The translations under genes were made by a program, and so were the position numbers. Shown piece by piece: positions 22,111 to 34,190 of a DNA stretch of 64,000 bases (its first letter is position 1; every line of letters begins with the position of its first letter). The notes below the pieces were generated by a model that did not search any database, was not told the origin of the DNA, and saw nothing but the letters and a program-made list of their open reading frames with translations. The stretch comes from Octopus sinensis (taxonomy: Eukaryota), in assembly GCF_006345805.1 (NCBI RefSeq), contig NC_042999.1, positions 165,788,001-165,852,000 on the forward strand. The letters are read 5' to 3'.

Positions 22111-24134
22111 AAATCATCGCCTGTCTTCCTTTTTTTTCTCCTTTTCGCTTATCTGGTTGGTAAATGGCTCAAAGCTTATCGATCCGAGATTCCACACAAA
22201 ACCGTCGTCTTGCTACACTTGGACGACGTCTGGCCACCAAATCCCATTCTCACTTTTACACATACAATACATGTATATATATATATTTGAGAACATAATC
22301 TTTGTGGAGAATGGCGATTTGACGTCTATATCTAGCATGTTGACTGTCCACTTTTCGTGTTCACTCCTTAATTGGTATATATAAATATTTTAATCTTCGG
22401 ATTCTTTTTTAATATGCTAGACCACTGGTTTTAATTGATAAATATCAATTTCTACCCTTAATTAATTATATATATATATATATATATTTGTGTGTGTAAA
22501 GTTAGTGCGTTAAATATAGTTTTTTTTGGTTTTTTCTTTTAAATTCCTTTGGAGTCGGGGTAAAACTTGCTGCATTTTCTGTGTCGTCGTCTTCGTCTCT
22601 TCTTTCTGATCAAATAAAAAGCTTTCAAGTCAACTTTTATCCTCGTGAGGTCGATGAAATACGAGACCACTATCATATACTGGTGTCAGTATGTCGATTC
22701 TATCCAGCTTGTAATTTACCTTTACACTAATTGCTTTCTGTGCCCAGTTAAATTATCATTTAAGGCAGATTGCAGAATCAATAAACTGTTTGACCAAATG
22801 ACTTGCGTTATTTTGCTACATTTCTCAAGGTGTTGAGTTCAAACCCTGCCCTAGTCGAATATACTCTCCATATTTTTGGTATCGATATGTACGAGTTGTG
22901 TGCTAATATTAATATTCACTGTTTGCCTTCCCAAAAGTTGTAGGCCTTGTGCTAATATTAGAAACTCTTTCAATTTTTTTTTTATAGTTAATTTTGACTT
23001 GGCCAAGAGAATAGGACACTTGCGCTGACAACTTTACTGTCTTTATTTCCATCTGCCTTAGTTCCGAGTTCAAATTCAGCCGAGCTCAACGTTGTCTTCT
23101 CTCCCGACGACGGACTTAGATAAAAATGCATTAACATACTTGACCGCTTCAATCGAATTAAACTTGTCTTCAAAGAATTTGGACTTTGTTACCCAGTCAA
23201 AAGAAATTGTTCAAATGCCGTAGAAAGGTTCACTAAATCAGTATCTCCCCCTTTCTTGTTTCACTGGATTTTAGTCTGCCATCATTTTTGACGTCGATGA
23301 ATTAAATACCAGTAAGATACTAGTGTAACTGAATTGGTTATAACTTCACAAGCAGCATATGAGATTGGTTTTTCACATAATCAAAACTAAGGTGAGCATA
23401 GTAGAGCTGGAGCTCAGCTGGTTTCGATTCCCGTCTGTCGCTATTTCATCTTTTTCAGCTCATGAACTTGAAGGAGGTATTAACATGACACACATTTTTT
23501 TCCTCCCTATGTCCGGTAGTAGTAATGATTTTGACTCTAAGCCTAAAACAGAGAACTGAATGAATCTCACACCCCACAAGCTCTTGTGGTATTTTGTCAA
23601 CTTCGTTTTCTTATAAGGAAGCAGATTTTCTGCTGTTGCTAGCGGTAACAACTATCGATGATTTGTTACATGTATGAACTTGTATTGCGGTTGTGAGCAT
23701 TTCACAACCATGGCCGAATCACAACCAAGTCCGCTTCACTATCGTGAGTTCTTAATACGCAACACCTCCTACAAGTGTTTTATTTACCGTGGTCCTAAGC
23801 AAGCTTGAATAAATGGAAACTGTATGGCGATTCATCGAATGAACTATACGTTTGATGCAAGGACCTCTTGTTTGTTAGATTGGCAGTGTGTGGTTAAGGA
23901 TAAGTGTCGGCGGAGTACTTGGCCATTACTGTCACAATAATTCGAGGAGTTGGAGGAATCAGAATTTTTTTACTGCAAGAGTCTTTGTTATAAAATCAAT
24001 TATTTTGTATTGTCAATCAGACGTTAACCTCAATTCACAGTCGTAAGATAATTCCAGTGCACGATATACGTAAACACAAGCACCACATCGCTCGCTATCA
24101 CACCAACGTGTATGTGTGTGTGTGTGTGTGTACT

Positions 24135-25010
24135 TTGCTCAGACAATTATCTGAATTTAGGTACTGCAGAACACTAATGGCTAGCTCCGAGGGGCATATC
24201 AAAGTGCACAGTCGCCTTGCCTGGAAAGTACTTAGTGATATTGAAGAATATTTGCCCCATTCCACGTCTCCAAAGAATTCATGAAGAGGGTCTTCATAGC
24301 AGCCATCAAGAAAATTCTCCTCAACAGGTGTGAAGCTTGGATTGCCACTAGATCCATAGCCAAGTCTCTCAATAGCTGCTACACTTAAATGCTCAAAATA
24401 GCCTTTGGCACTATTGGATGCCGAGAGTGACCTAGAGCAACTCTGTGGTGACCTCCCCTAGTTGACCAACAAGATGGCAGAATGAGCTTGCTCTCTTACT
24501 CTTTTACTCTTTTACTTGTTTCAGTCATTTGACTGCGGTCATGCTGGAGCACCGCCTTTAATCGAGCAACTCGACCCCGGGACTTATTCTTTTTGTAAGC
24601 CCAGTACTTATTCTATCGGTCTCTTTTGCCGAACCGCTAAGTAACAGGGACATAAACACACCAGCATTGGTTGTCAAGCAATGCTAGGGGGACAAACACA
24701 GACACACAAACAAACACACACACACATATATATATATACATATATACGACAGGCTTCTTTCAGTTTCCGTCTACCAAATCCACTCACAAGGCATTGGTCG
24801 GCCCGGGGCTATAGCAGAAGACACTTGCCCAAGGTGCTATGCAGTGGGACTGAACCTGGAACCATGTGGTTGGTTAGCAAGCTACTTACCACACAGTCAC
24901 TCCTGCGCCTGGGTATTCTAAGAAACTCAGGGAGAGTTGCTCCATGGGAGGATGAACTATGGGCATCCACACTGACCCCATGGGAGCAGCTAACTTACAC
25001 AACCAAGTAC
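24135..25010 (+). mobile_element. Degraded LINE RT 3' fragment (RTEX-like), interrupted by SINE A
   Basis: Remnants FRY..LMASSEGHIKV..LAWK, CEAW, KSLNSCYT, DLP; the reading resumes after the SINE at 24909. Confidence 0.55.
24495..24908 (-). mobile_element. SINE A, full length
   Basis: Complete reverse-complement copy. Confidence 0.9.
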
Positions 25011-25149
25011 GTTTTTATTTTGTGGTCTCAAAAAGCAATTTCAAGTCTGCGTTTGTTTGCAGTTTTTATTCTTAGATTCTGTCAATTTTACTTGTATTCT
25101 TTTGATCTAGTGACCTCATTACATCCAACTTTGTCATTGTTACCCAATG

Positions 25150-25500
25150 GGGGAAGCTGTATTTTGAGGGCATTCGCATATTGTTGGCAATGATATTGTT
25201 AGTGTTTCTGGATTAAGTTTACATTTGCTTTTTTAATGATATTTTCTGTCTTTGGTGTGTAAGGTACTTTGTGAATTTGGTTTAAAGGGGCTTTCTAGAT
25301 TCTGGATTGCATGTAGAACTTCAATATTCCATGCAAGGCCTTCTACTTTCTTCCCTCTGTCTTTTATGTCAAGTACTCATGTATGAGCTTCTTAGTGAAC
25401 TGGTTTATTTTCATGATTTTCTATTTGTTGTGTTAAGTAGGATTTTCCAACATCTCTGGAGGAAACCTCCACGTTACCTTATGTCTTATGTTTCTCAAGT
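25150..25500 (-). mobile_element. Possible degraded Penelope endonuclease C-terminal fragment
   Basis: Minus-strand DIKDRGKKVEGLAWNIE...PFKPNSQS resembles the LKD..I.W.I...PY.P motif; weak. Confidence 0.35.
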
Positions 25501-25878
25501 CCATTAGCTATCTTAATAACACAAATATTCTATGTACGTAATCTATACATGTACAGTTTGTAAATATATTTATGTAATGTATGCATGCATACAATATATG
25601 TTTGTATTCATGTTTATATACACACATATCTATATCTCAACTCTCATAATTTTACACCCACTCTCCATCCTGATATGGCTTGGATGTAAAATGTGTCTCT
25701 ATCTGTCTCTGTTGTGTGTGCATATAATATAGTTTGTGTATGTATATATATATATAGTATACATATATCTGCATAGAACTTGGACAATAAATGATGATGA
25801 TGATGATATATATATTTTTTTCCCTCTTTCTTATATATATATATATATATATATATAATAAATATATAGATAAATAAA

Positions 25879-27210
25879 GCATTGAAGGATATGAAGGCAG
25901 GGAAGGTTCCTAGTCCATCAGGAATTACTGCTGAGATACTTAAAACATCTGAAGGAGTGGGATACAGACTAGTTATCTTATGGTTAATCAGTTAGTACAG
26001 GAAGGTATTGTACCCAATAACTGGTGTAGCAGCATTATAGTCAACTGTTACAAGGTTAAAAGAGATGCCTTAGACAGAAGTAATTACAGAGGTATCAAAT
26101 TTCTGTATCAGGTCATGGAAGTTACAGAAAGGTGTATAGCTCAACCAATTAGGCAGAGAGTGTCACCTAGATGAGATGCAATTGGTTTTGTGCCAAGGTG
26201 AAACCTTACTGATACTCTGTTTCTTGTGAGACAACTGCAAGAGAAGTATTTACTTCACTAATTTGCTGTATTTCGCCTTTGTTGACTTGAAGAAATCCTT
26301 TGACAGGTCCCTTGCTCCGTCATCGGGTGACTGCTATGGATGCTAGGGGTAGATGTATAGTTGGCGAGAGTTGTCCAAGGGTTAGCAATAAATACATCAG
26401 TAAGTTTAATGTGCAGGTAGGAGTTCGCCAGGGTTCATTTCTCTGTTATCTCCTATTTATCATAGCCCTTAGGGCCATAACACAGGAGTTTAAAATTGGT
26501 TGTCTGTCGGAGTTTCTCTATACTGACAACCTTGTTCTTATTGTGGAATCTGTTGTAGATTTGGAAATAAAGTCCAGGTGTGGAAGCAAAACCTATACTC
26601 AAAGGTCCTTAAGGTTAACTGAGCAAAGACCAAAGTTACAGTAAGCAGGAAAACAAACAACTAATCCCTTCAGGAAAAGGGTTCTGTTTAATATGTAGAA
26701 AAGACTTTGGTAGAAATTCCATAGAGTGTATCCAGTGCAAACTGTAGACTAACAGAAAAGACAAGGCTTTGAGTGTAGCAGATGTGTAGAAGCAATACAC
26801 AATAAGAACAGCTAGAAAATAGATTTTCTCAAATGCAGGACCCTTAAAAGTAGTAGATAGCAGTGGAGGAGGATGCCTTGAAAGATAGTCACAAGAATAA
26901 GAATCAACTGGATGTTAGCATGCTCCATCAGATGTGCAGTGTCAGTGTACACATATGACAAAGTGTAAATATGTTGAGAAAAATTGGGCATAAGAGATAT
27001 CTGATGTAATGTGCTCGACAGAAGACTATGCTTGTATGGTTATGTGATAGATATATGGATGAGGACAGGTGCATAACAAAGCACTAACTGTTGAATGTGG
27101 AAGGAACCTCTTGAAGAAGGAGACCCAGAAAGACATGAGACAAAGTAGTGAAGACCAACTTCAGGTTGTTGAGCTTCACAGGGGGGATGACAAAGGATTA
27201 GGATGATTGG
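25879..27210 (+). mobile_element. Old degraded RTE LINE (same lineage as copies 1-3)
   Basis: PNNWCSSIIVNCYK, NYRGIKFL, FVDLKKSFD, GVRQGS, LYTDNL; many stops. Confidence 0.85.
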
Positions 27211-27684
27211 CAATTCACCATGTTCTAGCAGAGTTGATCATCTCAGCAAAAATGAGGAACTGAGAGCCTATCATTATATTATTAATGTCTTTGCCCCTGC
27301 ACCCAATCTGTCCCCATTGATTCCTCTCCACTGCTCATCTTCATAACACTCATTGCTCCTTCACCTCTCTAACTATGGTACTATATCCTCAGTTATTGTA
27401 ATTATATGAGAGCAGAACTGCATATATTCCATCTCTCTTTTGTGCTACCAGTTCTCTCTCTTCTTGGAAACACTTCTTTTGCCATCCATCCTGCACTCTC
27501 AAGATCATCCCTACTTTTTTTAAAATATTTTTTATTTGTATGTGTATATATCACCGTATTGACTAGACTAGATGTCGTTACACATGACTAATCACAATGT
27601 GCTACAGTGCAGTGTTGTAGCTTTCAAATAATACCACTCTGCTGGCTAGGTTGGTGAGTAGCATTCTCCCTGAACAGAATACAA

Positions 27685-27850
27685 GTCAAAAAATACCTTA
27701 GGAATGAGAACCCAGGTTCGAAATTTCCCCAAGACACCTGATGAAGGCTGGAGAGTATTTCAGCCAAAACGTTGTGTTAACAAACAAGATGAGGACAAAT
27801 ATCTGTCAAATGTAAATAATGTACATAATTCCTCATCTCTTAAATAAAGA
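27685..27850 (+). mobile_element. Penelope-like terminal remnant containing a hammerhead motif
   Basis: CCTGATGAAGGCTG...CAGCCAAAACGTTGTG signature followed by an AT-rich end. Confidence 0.6.
27733..27778 (+). ncRNA. Degenerate minimal type-I hammerhead ribozyme
   Basis: Stem I ACAC/GTGT, core CTGATGA, stem II GGCTG/CAGCC, GAAA present as AAAA, palindromic ACGT stem III, predicted cleavage after GTT. Confidence 0.6.
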
Positions 27851-28359
27851 ATTGTATTATCATTTTAACTTTTTCTCAATAAAAGTTAAATCAATAGAAA
27901 TTTAACCACTATGCTTTCCCTGGTGAAGAGAAATTGGCCTGCAAGAGTCCTGTGTTAGTGACACATAAAAAGTACTTTGGCCAGCACCATATTAGAGCAC
28001 ACATGCTGGTGCCATGTTAAAAGCATCCAATAGACACTGTAAAGTGGTTACCTGTAGGAAGGGCATCCAGCTATATAAACCAAACCAAATCAGACTGGAA
28101 TGTGGTGCAGCTCACCAGCTCTGGTCAAACTGTCCAACTCATTACAGAATGGAGAATAGACGTTAAAGGATGATGATATAAAGTAATCGACAAAGAAATA
28201 AAAACAAATGCTTATTTTACTGCTAAGTATTACTCTCTTTTACTTGCTTTAGTCATTTGCCTGTGGCCATGCTGGTGCACCACCTTTGGTCGAGCAAGAA
28301 AAAGTACCTGCAAAATTATCATGTGAAAAATGTGACACGACTTTCTTTCCAGTCTTTTA

Positions 28360-28712
28360 GGAGTGGTTGTGTGGTAAGAACTTGCTTCCCAACTACATGG
28401 TTCCGGGTGCAGTCCCACTGTGAGGCACCTTGGGCCGACCAAAGCCTTGTGAGTGGATATGGTAGACGGAAACTGAAAGAAGCCTGTCATATATATGTGT
28501 GTGTGTGTTTGTTATTTGTGTCTGTTTCTCCCCCACCATCACTTGACAACCAGTGTTGGTGTGTTTATGTCCCACGTCACTTAGCAGTTCAGCAAATAAA
28601 ACTGATAGAATAAGTACCAGGCTTACAAAGAATAAGTTCTGGGATCGAGTTGTTCGACTAAAGGTGGTGCTGAAGCATGGCCACAGTCAAATGACTGAAA
28701 CAAGCAAAAGAA
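28360..28712 (+). mobile_element. SINE A, near full length (minus-strand tail fragment at 28233-28300)
   Basis: Head, body and tail motifs. Confidence 0.8.
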
Positions 28713-28769
28713 TAAAAGTGTGTGTGTATAAACCTGTCAAACCAAGTGGAACCACAGTTGTGACTGATG

Positions 28770-29039
28770 AATAACAGGTGGCATGTAAAAAGCACCCTTC
28801 AAACGTTGGGCCTCACGGAGGTGGTAAATGACCAAGACCTTTGGCAATATGCTGTGCTTGAGAAGACTTGTCAAGCCAAGGGAAATCGTAGTTGTGGCTG
28901 ATGCTGGAGTCTCTTAACTAGCATTCATGATGGTTGCATGTAAAAAAGCACCCACTACACTCTTGGAGTGGTTGGCATTAGGAAGAGCATCCAGCTGTAG
29001 AAACCATGCCAGATCAGATTTGAACCTGGTGCAGCTTAT

Positions 29040-29040
<1 letters not shown>
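28770..29040 (+). mobile_element. Degraded RTE 3' region
   Basis: GACCTTTGGCAATATGCTGTGCTTGAGAAGAC (ORF end) plus 3' UTR motifs. Confidence 0.65.
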
Positions 29041-29078
<38 letters not shown>

Positions 29079-29082
<4 letters not shown>

Positions 29083-29575
29083 TCATCATCATCGTTTAAC
29101 GTCCGCTTTCCATGCTAGCATGGGTTGGACGGTTCAACTGGGGTCTGGGGAGCCCGAAGGCTGCACCAGGCCAGTCAGATCTGGCAGTGTTTCTACAGCT
29201 GGATGCCCTTCCTAACGCCAACCACTCCGAGAGTGTAGTGGGTGATTTTATGTGTCACCGACACAGGTGCCAGACGAGGCTGGCAGACGGCCACGCTCGG
29301 ATGGTGTTTTTTATGTGCCACCGACACAGGTGCCAGACGAGGCTGGCAGACGGCCACGCTCGGATGGTGTTTTTTATGTGCCACCGACACAGGTGCCAGA
29401 CGACGCTGGCGAACGGCCACAATCGGATGGTGTTTGTTACGTGCTCACAGCACGGAGGCCAGTCAATGCGGTACTGGCTACGGCAACGTTCGGATGGTTT
29501 CCTTATGTGCCACCGGCACTGGTACCACAAAGATACAAATTCCATTGATGTTCATCTATTTTGATTTGGTTTGAT
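29079..29575 (-). mobile_element. RTE 3'-UTR-only insertion with a duplicated 61-bp unit
   Basis: Close match to 17170-17559 reverse complement; (TA)n on both flanks. Confidence 0.9.
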
Positions 29576-29619
29576 ATATATATGAACCATCCGATCTTCT
29601 GATTACCTCATTTCTTCTA

Positions 29620-29698
<79 letters not shown>

Positions 29699-29799
29699 CC
29701 AATTTCTGTATGCTCCCGTGTGTGTACAGAAGATGCACTTGTCTGGCAAGTGGTTTGATATGAGACTGTTTTGAAATTAAAACATATCATGAAAGACAA

Positions 29800-30012
29800 A
29801 TAATGGTTTCAAATTTTGTCACATGGCTAGCAGTTTTAGGGTGAGTCGATTACATCCACCCTAGTGTTCAACTGGTACCTATTTTATTGACCCCAAAAGG
29901 TAGAAAGGCAAATTTGACCCTGGCGGACTTGGAACTCAGAATGTAAAGACGACCAAATTGCCTGCCACTAAGCATTGTAGCTGGTGTGCTAACGATTCTG
30001 TCAGTTCACAGC
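29800..30012 (-). mobile_element. SINE B
   Basis: Homologous to 2071-2295. Confidence 0.7.
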
Positions 30013-30579
30013 AACTCGAATAATAAATGTCTTAGTGAAATTGGTATTATTTCATTCTTTCATGATTTTCACTAAGAAAAAAAAAACACTCGGATTTTTT
30101 GCATGGAATCAAGTACCCTGACGCTCAGAAAAAAGTGGGAGTGGGAAACCAAACCCTTTATATCCCAGAATCATTTGAAATTTTTTTCCGTTGACTGAAT
30201 TCCAGTGACTTCCTAGTATGCTACAAAACCCTTTTTTGGGTTCAGAAAACGGGATGGGGGGTGGGGGTGGAACACCCAGAAATTTCACCCCCACCCCCAT
30301 TTTCAAATATTTTTTGCTGTTTCTTTCTTTACCCATAATTTTAGATAACGTTTTGCAGAAATACGTTTCGAGAGAGTGTGGATTACATTAGATTGAAAAT
30401 TCAAAGAAGTTTGAAATGAATTAGTGAAAATGCAGAGCTTATAGAAGTTAGTGGTAATGAAGTGTGGAGAGATAAACAATAAATTCATCTTAAAAAAAAA
30501 ACATTAGTTTTTGCATGTATGAGTGAAATGGAGAAAGAAGTATATTGACAAAATATCTTTTTCCTACCTCTTAAAATCA

Positions 30580-31058
30580 TAATCATCATCGTTTAACGTC
30601 AGCTTTCCATGCTAGCATGAGTTGGATGATTTGATTGAGGACTGGTGAGCCAGAAGGCTGCACCAGGCTCCAATCTGATCCGGCAGAGTTTCTACAGCTG
30701 GATGCCCTTCCTAACGCCAACCACTCTGAGAGTGTAGTGGGTGCTTTTACATACCACTGGTACGAGGGCCAGTCAGGCGGTACTGGCAACGGCCACGCTC
30801 AAGTGGTGATCTTTACGTGCCACCTGCACAGGTGCCAGTCCAGCGTCACTGGCAACGACCTCGCTCAAATGTTTTTTCACATGCCACCGGCACAAGTGCC
30901 AGTAGGGCGACGCTGGTAACAATCATGCTCGGATGGTGCATTTTACATGCCACCGGCACGGAAGCCAGTCTGCTGCTCTGGCAGCGATCACGCTTGGATG
31001 GTGCTCTTGCACTCCACTCGCACGGGTGCCAGTCATCGAATTTGCAAATTTGACTTGA
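30580..31058 (-). mobile_element. RTE-family 3'-UTR insertion in the left arm of the palindrome
   Basis: (CAT)n GTTTAACGTC..CCATGCTAGCATG tail plus repeated UTR units. Confidence 0.85.
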
Positions 31059-31870
31059 GATTTTCCTAGCTTGCCAATCTTTAGTCAAACCGTCCAACCC
31101 ATGCGAGAATGGAAAGCAGACGTTAAACAATGATGGGGAAGATGATGTATAATGATATATATAATTATGATAGATTGTTCAACCATTCAATGTTTAGGCA
31201 AACTTTGTCACCCACTCTCTCTCTCTCTCTCTCCCCATACAAAAATGAAACACATTTCGGCACCAAAAGTTGCAAAGGGAAAATCTATTTATGGTGCCGA
31301 AATGTGTTTCATTTTTGTATGGGGAGAGAGAGAGAGAGAGAGAGAGTGGGTGACAAAGTTTACCTAAACATTGAATGGGTGAACAATCTATCATAATTTT
31401 ATATATCATTATACATCATTGTTTAACGTCTGCTTTCCATTCTGGCATGGGTTGGACGGCTTGACTGAGGACTGGCAAGCCAGGAAAATCTATTCGGGGT
31501 TATTATATTATATCCAGTGATTTTAAGAGGTAAGAAAAAGATATTTTGTTAATATTATACTTTTACTCCGTTTCACATGCAAAAACTCTAACGTGTTATT
31601 ATTTTTTTTTTTAAGATGAATTTATTGTTTATCTCTCCACACTTCGTTACCATTAACTTCTATGACTATATTTAGTCATTTCAAACTTCTTCAAATTTTC
31701 GATCTAATGTATTCCACACTCTCTCGAAAACGTATTTCTGCAAAATGTTATATAAAATTATGGTAAAGAAAGAAATAGCAAAAAAATATTTGAAAATGGA
31801 GGTGGGGGTGAAATTTCTGAGGGTTCTACTCCCACCCCACCCCGTTATCCGGACCCAGAAAAGGCTTTTG

Positions 31871-32903
31871 GGTTAATGTTTACATTCTTGACCCGCAAAT
31901 GAAAATCCAAGGAAAATATACTGGAATGAGTGTTAAACAATGTGTAGGAAACGAATATGAAAAAAAAAAATGCGTGCAAAGCAACGGGAGGGTGGAGAGG
32001 ACATCGGAAAACTCACAAAATCCGAGTTTTTCCCTCATAACTTATAGGAAAATGGATTTTATTCAATGAAATTTTATAGAAATACCTTTCAAACGGCATA
32101 CATTACGATTATAAAGTAATTTGTGGGGAAAATCTTTTCCAAAGGGTGGGGAGAGAACTTCGGAAAATTCACAAGATCCAAGTTTTCTCCTCATAACTGT
32201 ATATGTGTATGTATATATATATATGTGTGTGTGTGTGTGTATGTATATATAGCTATCTCTCTCTATATATAGAGATAGAGAGAGAGAAAGTAATAACGAT
32301 GAAGAATTAAAAAAGCGTAAAAATAATTGAAAATGAAATAAAATTGAAGCCAAAACATTAAAAATTATTGAAAGAGGGTAGGAATAAACACTACATAGTG
32401 TAGTAGTACTACGCTAGGGTATCTGTAGAAAGTTGAATGTGATTTCAGAATAACGAAGAAAATTCAGATCTTGGGAATTTTCTGAAAGTCCTCTCCTCAC
32501 CTCAAGATTTTCCCCACAAAATACTTTATAGTCATAATGTATGCCGTTTCAATGGTATCTATATAAAATTTCATTGAAAAAACCCCATTTTCCTAAAAAG
32601 TTATGAGGGAAAAACTCGGATTTTGTGAATTTTCCGAAGTCTTCTCCTCACCTCCTTGGAAAAGATTTTCCCCACAAATTTCTATATAATCTTAATGTAA
32701 AATTTCATTGAAAAAAACCTCATTTTCCTAAAAGTTATGAGGGAAAAGCTCGGATCTTGTGAATTTTCCAAAGTCCTCTCCCTACCCTCCCGTTGCTTTG
32801 CACGCATTTTTTTTTAATATTCGTTTCCTACATATTGTTTTACACCCATTCCATTATATTTTGTTTGGATTTTCCTTTCCGGGTCAAGATGTAAACATTA
32901 ATC
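31871..32903. mobile_element. Foldback-type non-autonomous DNA transposon with long modular TIRs and an 8-bp TSD
   Basis: Ends GGTTAATGTTTACATTCTTGACCCG / CGGGTCAAGATGTAAACATTAATC; TSD GGCTTTTG (31863-31870) / GGGTTTTG (32904-32911); arms about 330 bp or more with ~150-bp subrepeats. Confidence 0.8.
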
Positions 32904-34003
32904 GGGTTTTGTAGCACATTAGGTCACTGGAATTCAGTCAACGAAAAAAAAAAAAAAATTCCAATAATTCCGGGCTATGGCGGGGTCCGGTTTCACTCAC
33001 ACCCCCTTTTTTTTCCGAACAAAAATAAGGGGTTTGCAGATGCAAAAAATCCGAGCTTTTTTTTTTTCTTTGGGAAAATCGTGCAGGTGTAAAGATCAGT
33101 GCGAGTAGGAGGTGAATTTCCCAGGCTTCTACCTCACCCCGTCCCGTTTTCCGGACCCATAAAAGGGTTTTGTAGCATATTAGGAGGTCACCGGAATTCA
33201 TGCTTTACCGTGAAGTTATGTTTTTGTGTTTTTTGACTGGCTAATACGAGTCTCCGTACTGTAATTGTTATAGGTACACACACACATACATAGATGTATG
33301 TATATTAATGCATGCTCTTTTTTTTTTTTAACTGGCATCGCCATAAGGTGAAACGATGACGCCTCAACTTCTTTAGGTCTCTCCGTGCCCCGGTAGGACA
33401 AAGCTGTTTTCACGTTTGAGATTTGGCCTGAATGCTCGCGTTAAATAGGCGTCTAAAAGGCGCGACCACAATGGTCAGTTGGTGGTGGAAGACTTGATTG
33501 CTTTTGTGTGTGTGAATGCTTGTGTGTTTATTTTACCTTGTCAATTTGATAGTTTATTATTTCGTATTTATGTTGAACTTGTATATATAAGTCAATGTTC
33601 TCGAGACAGAGGAATCATAACTTTATTGCATTTTTTTCTTTTGCTAACCTCGTGGCCAATATATAATGGAGATTTTTATTTATTGTCTGTAATAATAATA
33701 ACAAAAATAATTTTGTATGATACAATCGGTAGAATGTCAAATAATATGCTCTGTAATTAGTCGCCTCAATCTATTTTCTAAGTTCAAATCTCGCTTAGGT
33801 CGGCTTTATTTTTCACCTTTCCCGGATTCAATAAAATATGTATTCGATCTAATCGAATTTCTCTCTCTGCCAATATTTGTGGCCTCGTGCTTAAGTGAGA
33901 AATCAATATTTTTTTTATTGTACCAGTCTTTGACCGATGATTCTACCACTCCCCTCTATGTTTGTAATTTTGCTTCCCTCTTCAGGAAGAAGAAGAAGAA
34001 GCG

Positions 34004-34190
34004 GTAGAGCGTCGGTCGGAATGCGTTTAGTGTTTCAATTACGTCCCTTTACGTTCTAAGCTGAAACCCCGCCGGAGATGACTTTCACTGTTCGTGGGTC
34101 GATAAAATAAGTACCAGGCAGGGAAAGCTTTAATCGACTGGTCCTATCTCTCCAAAATGTGTGGCCTCGTGCCATTCTTGAGAATCACTG
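34004..34190 (+). mobile_element. Degraded SINE B
   Basis: GGGTCGATAAAATAAGTACCAG core and GTGGCCTCGTGCC tail. Confidence 0.6.

Larger units (their letters stand above)
30061..33083. repeat. Long nested palindrome centred near 31278
   Basis: 30061-30579 pairs with 31518-31870 + 32904-33083; 31059-31265 pairs with 31292-31490; 26-nt central spacer. Confidence 0.85.
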
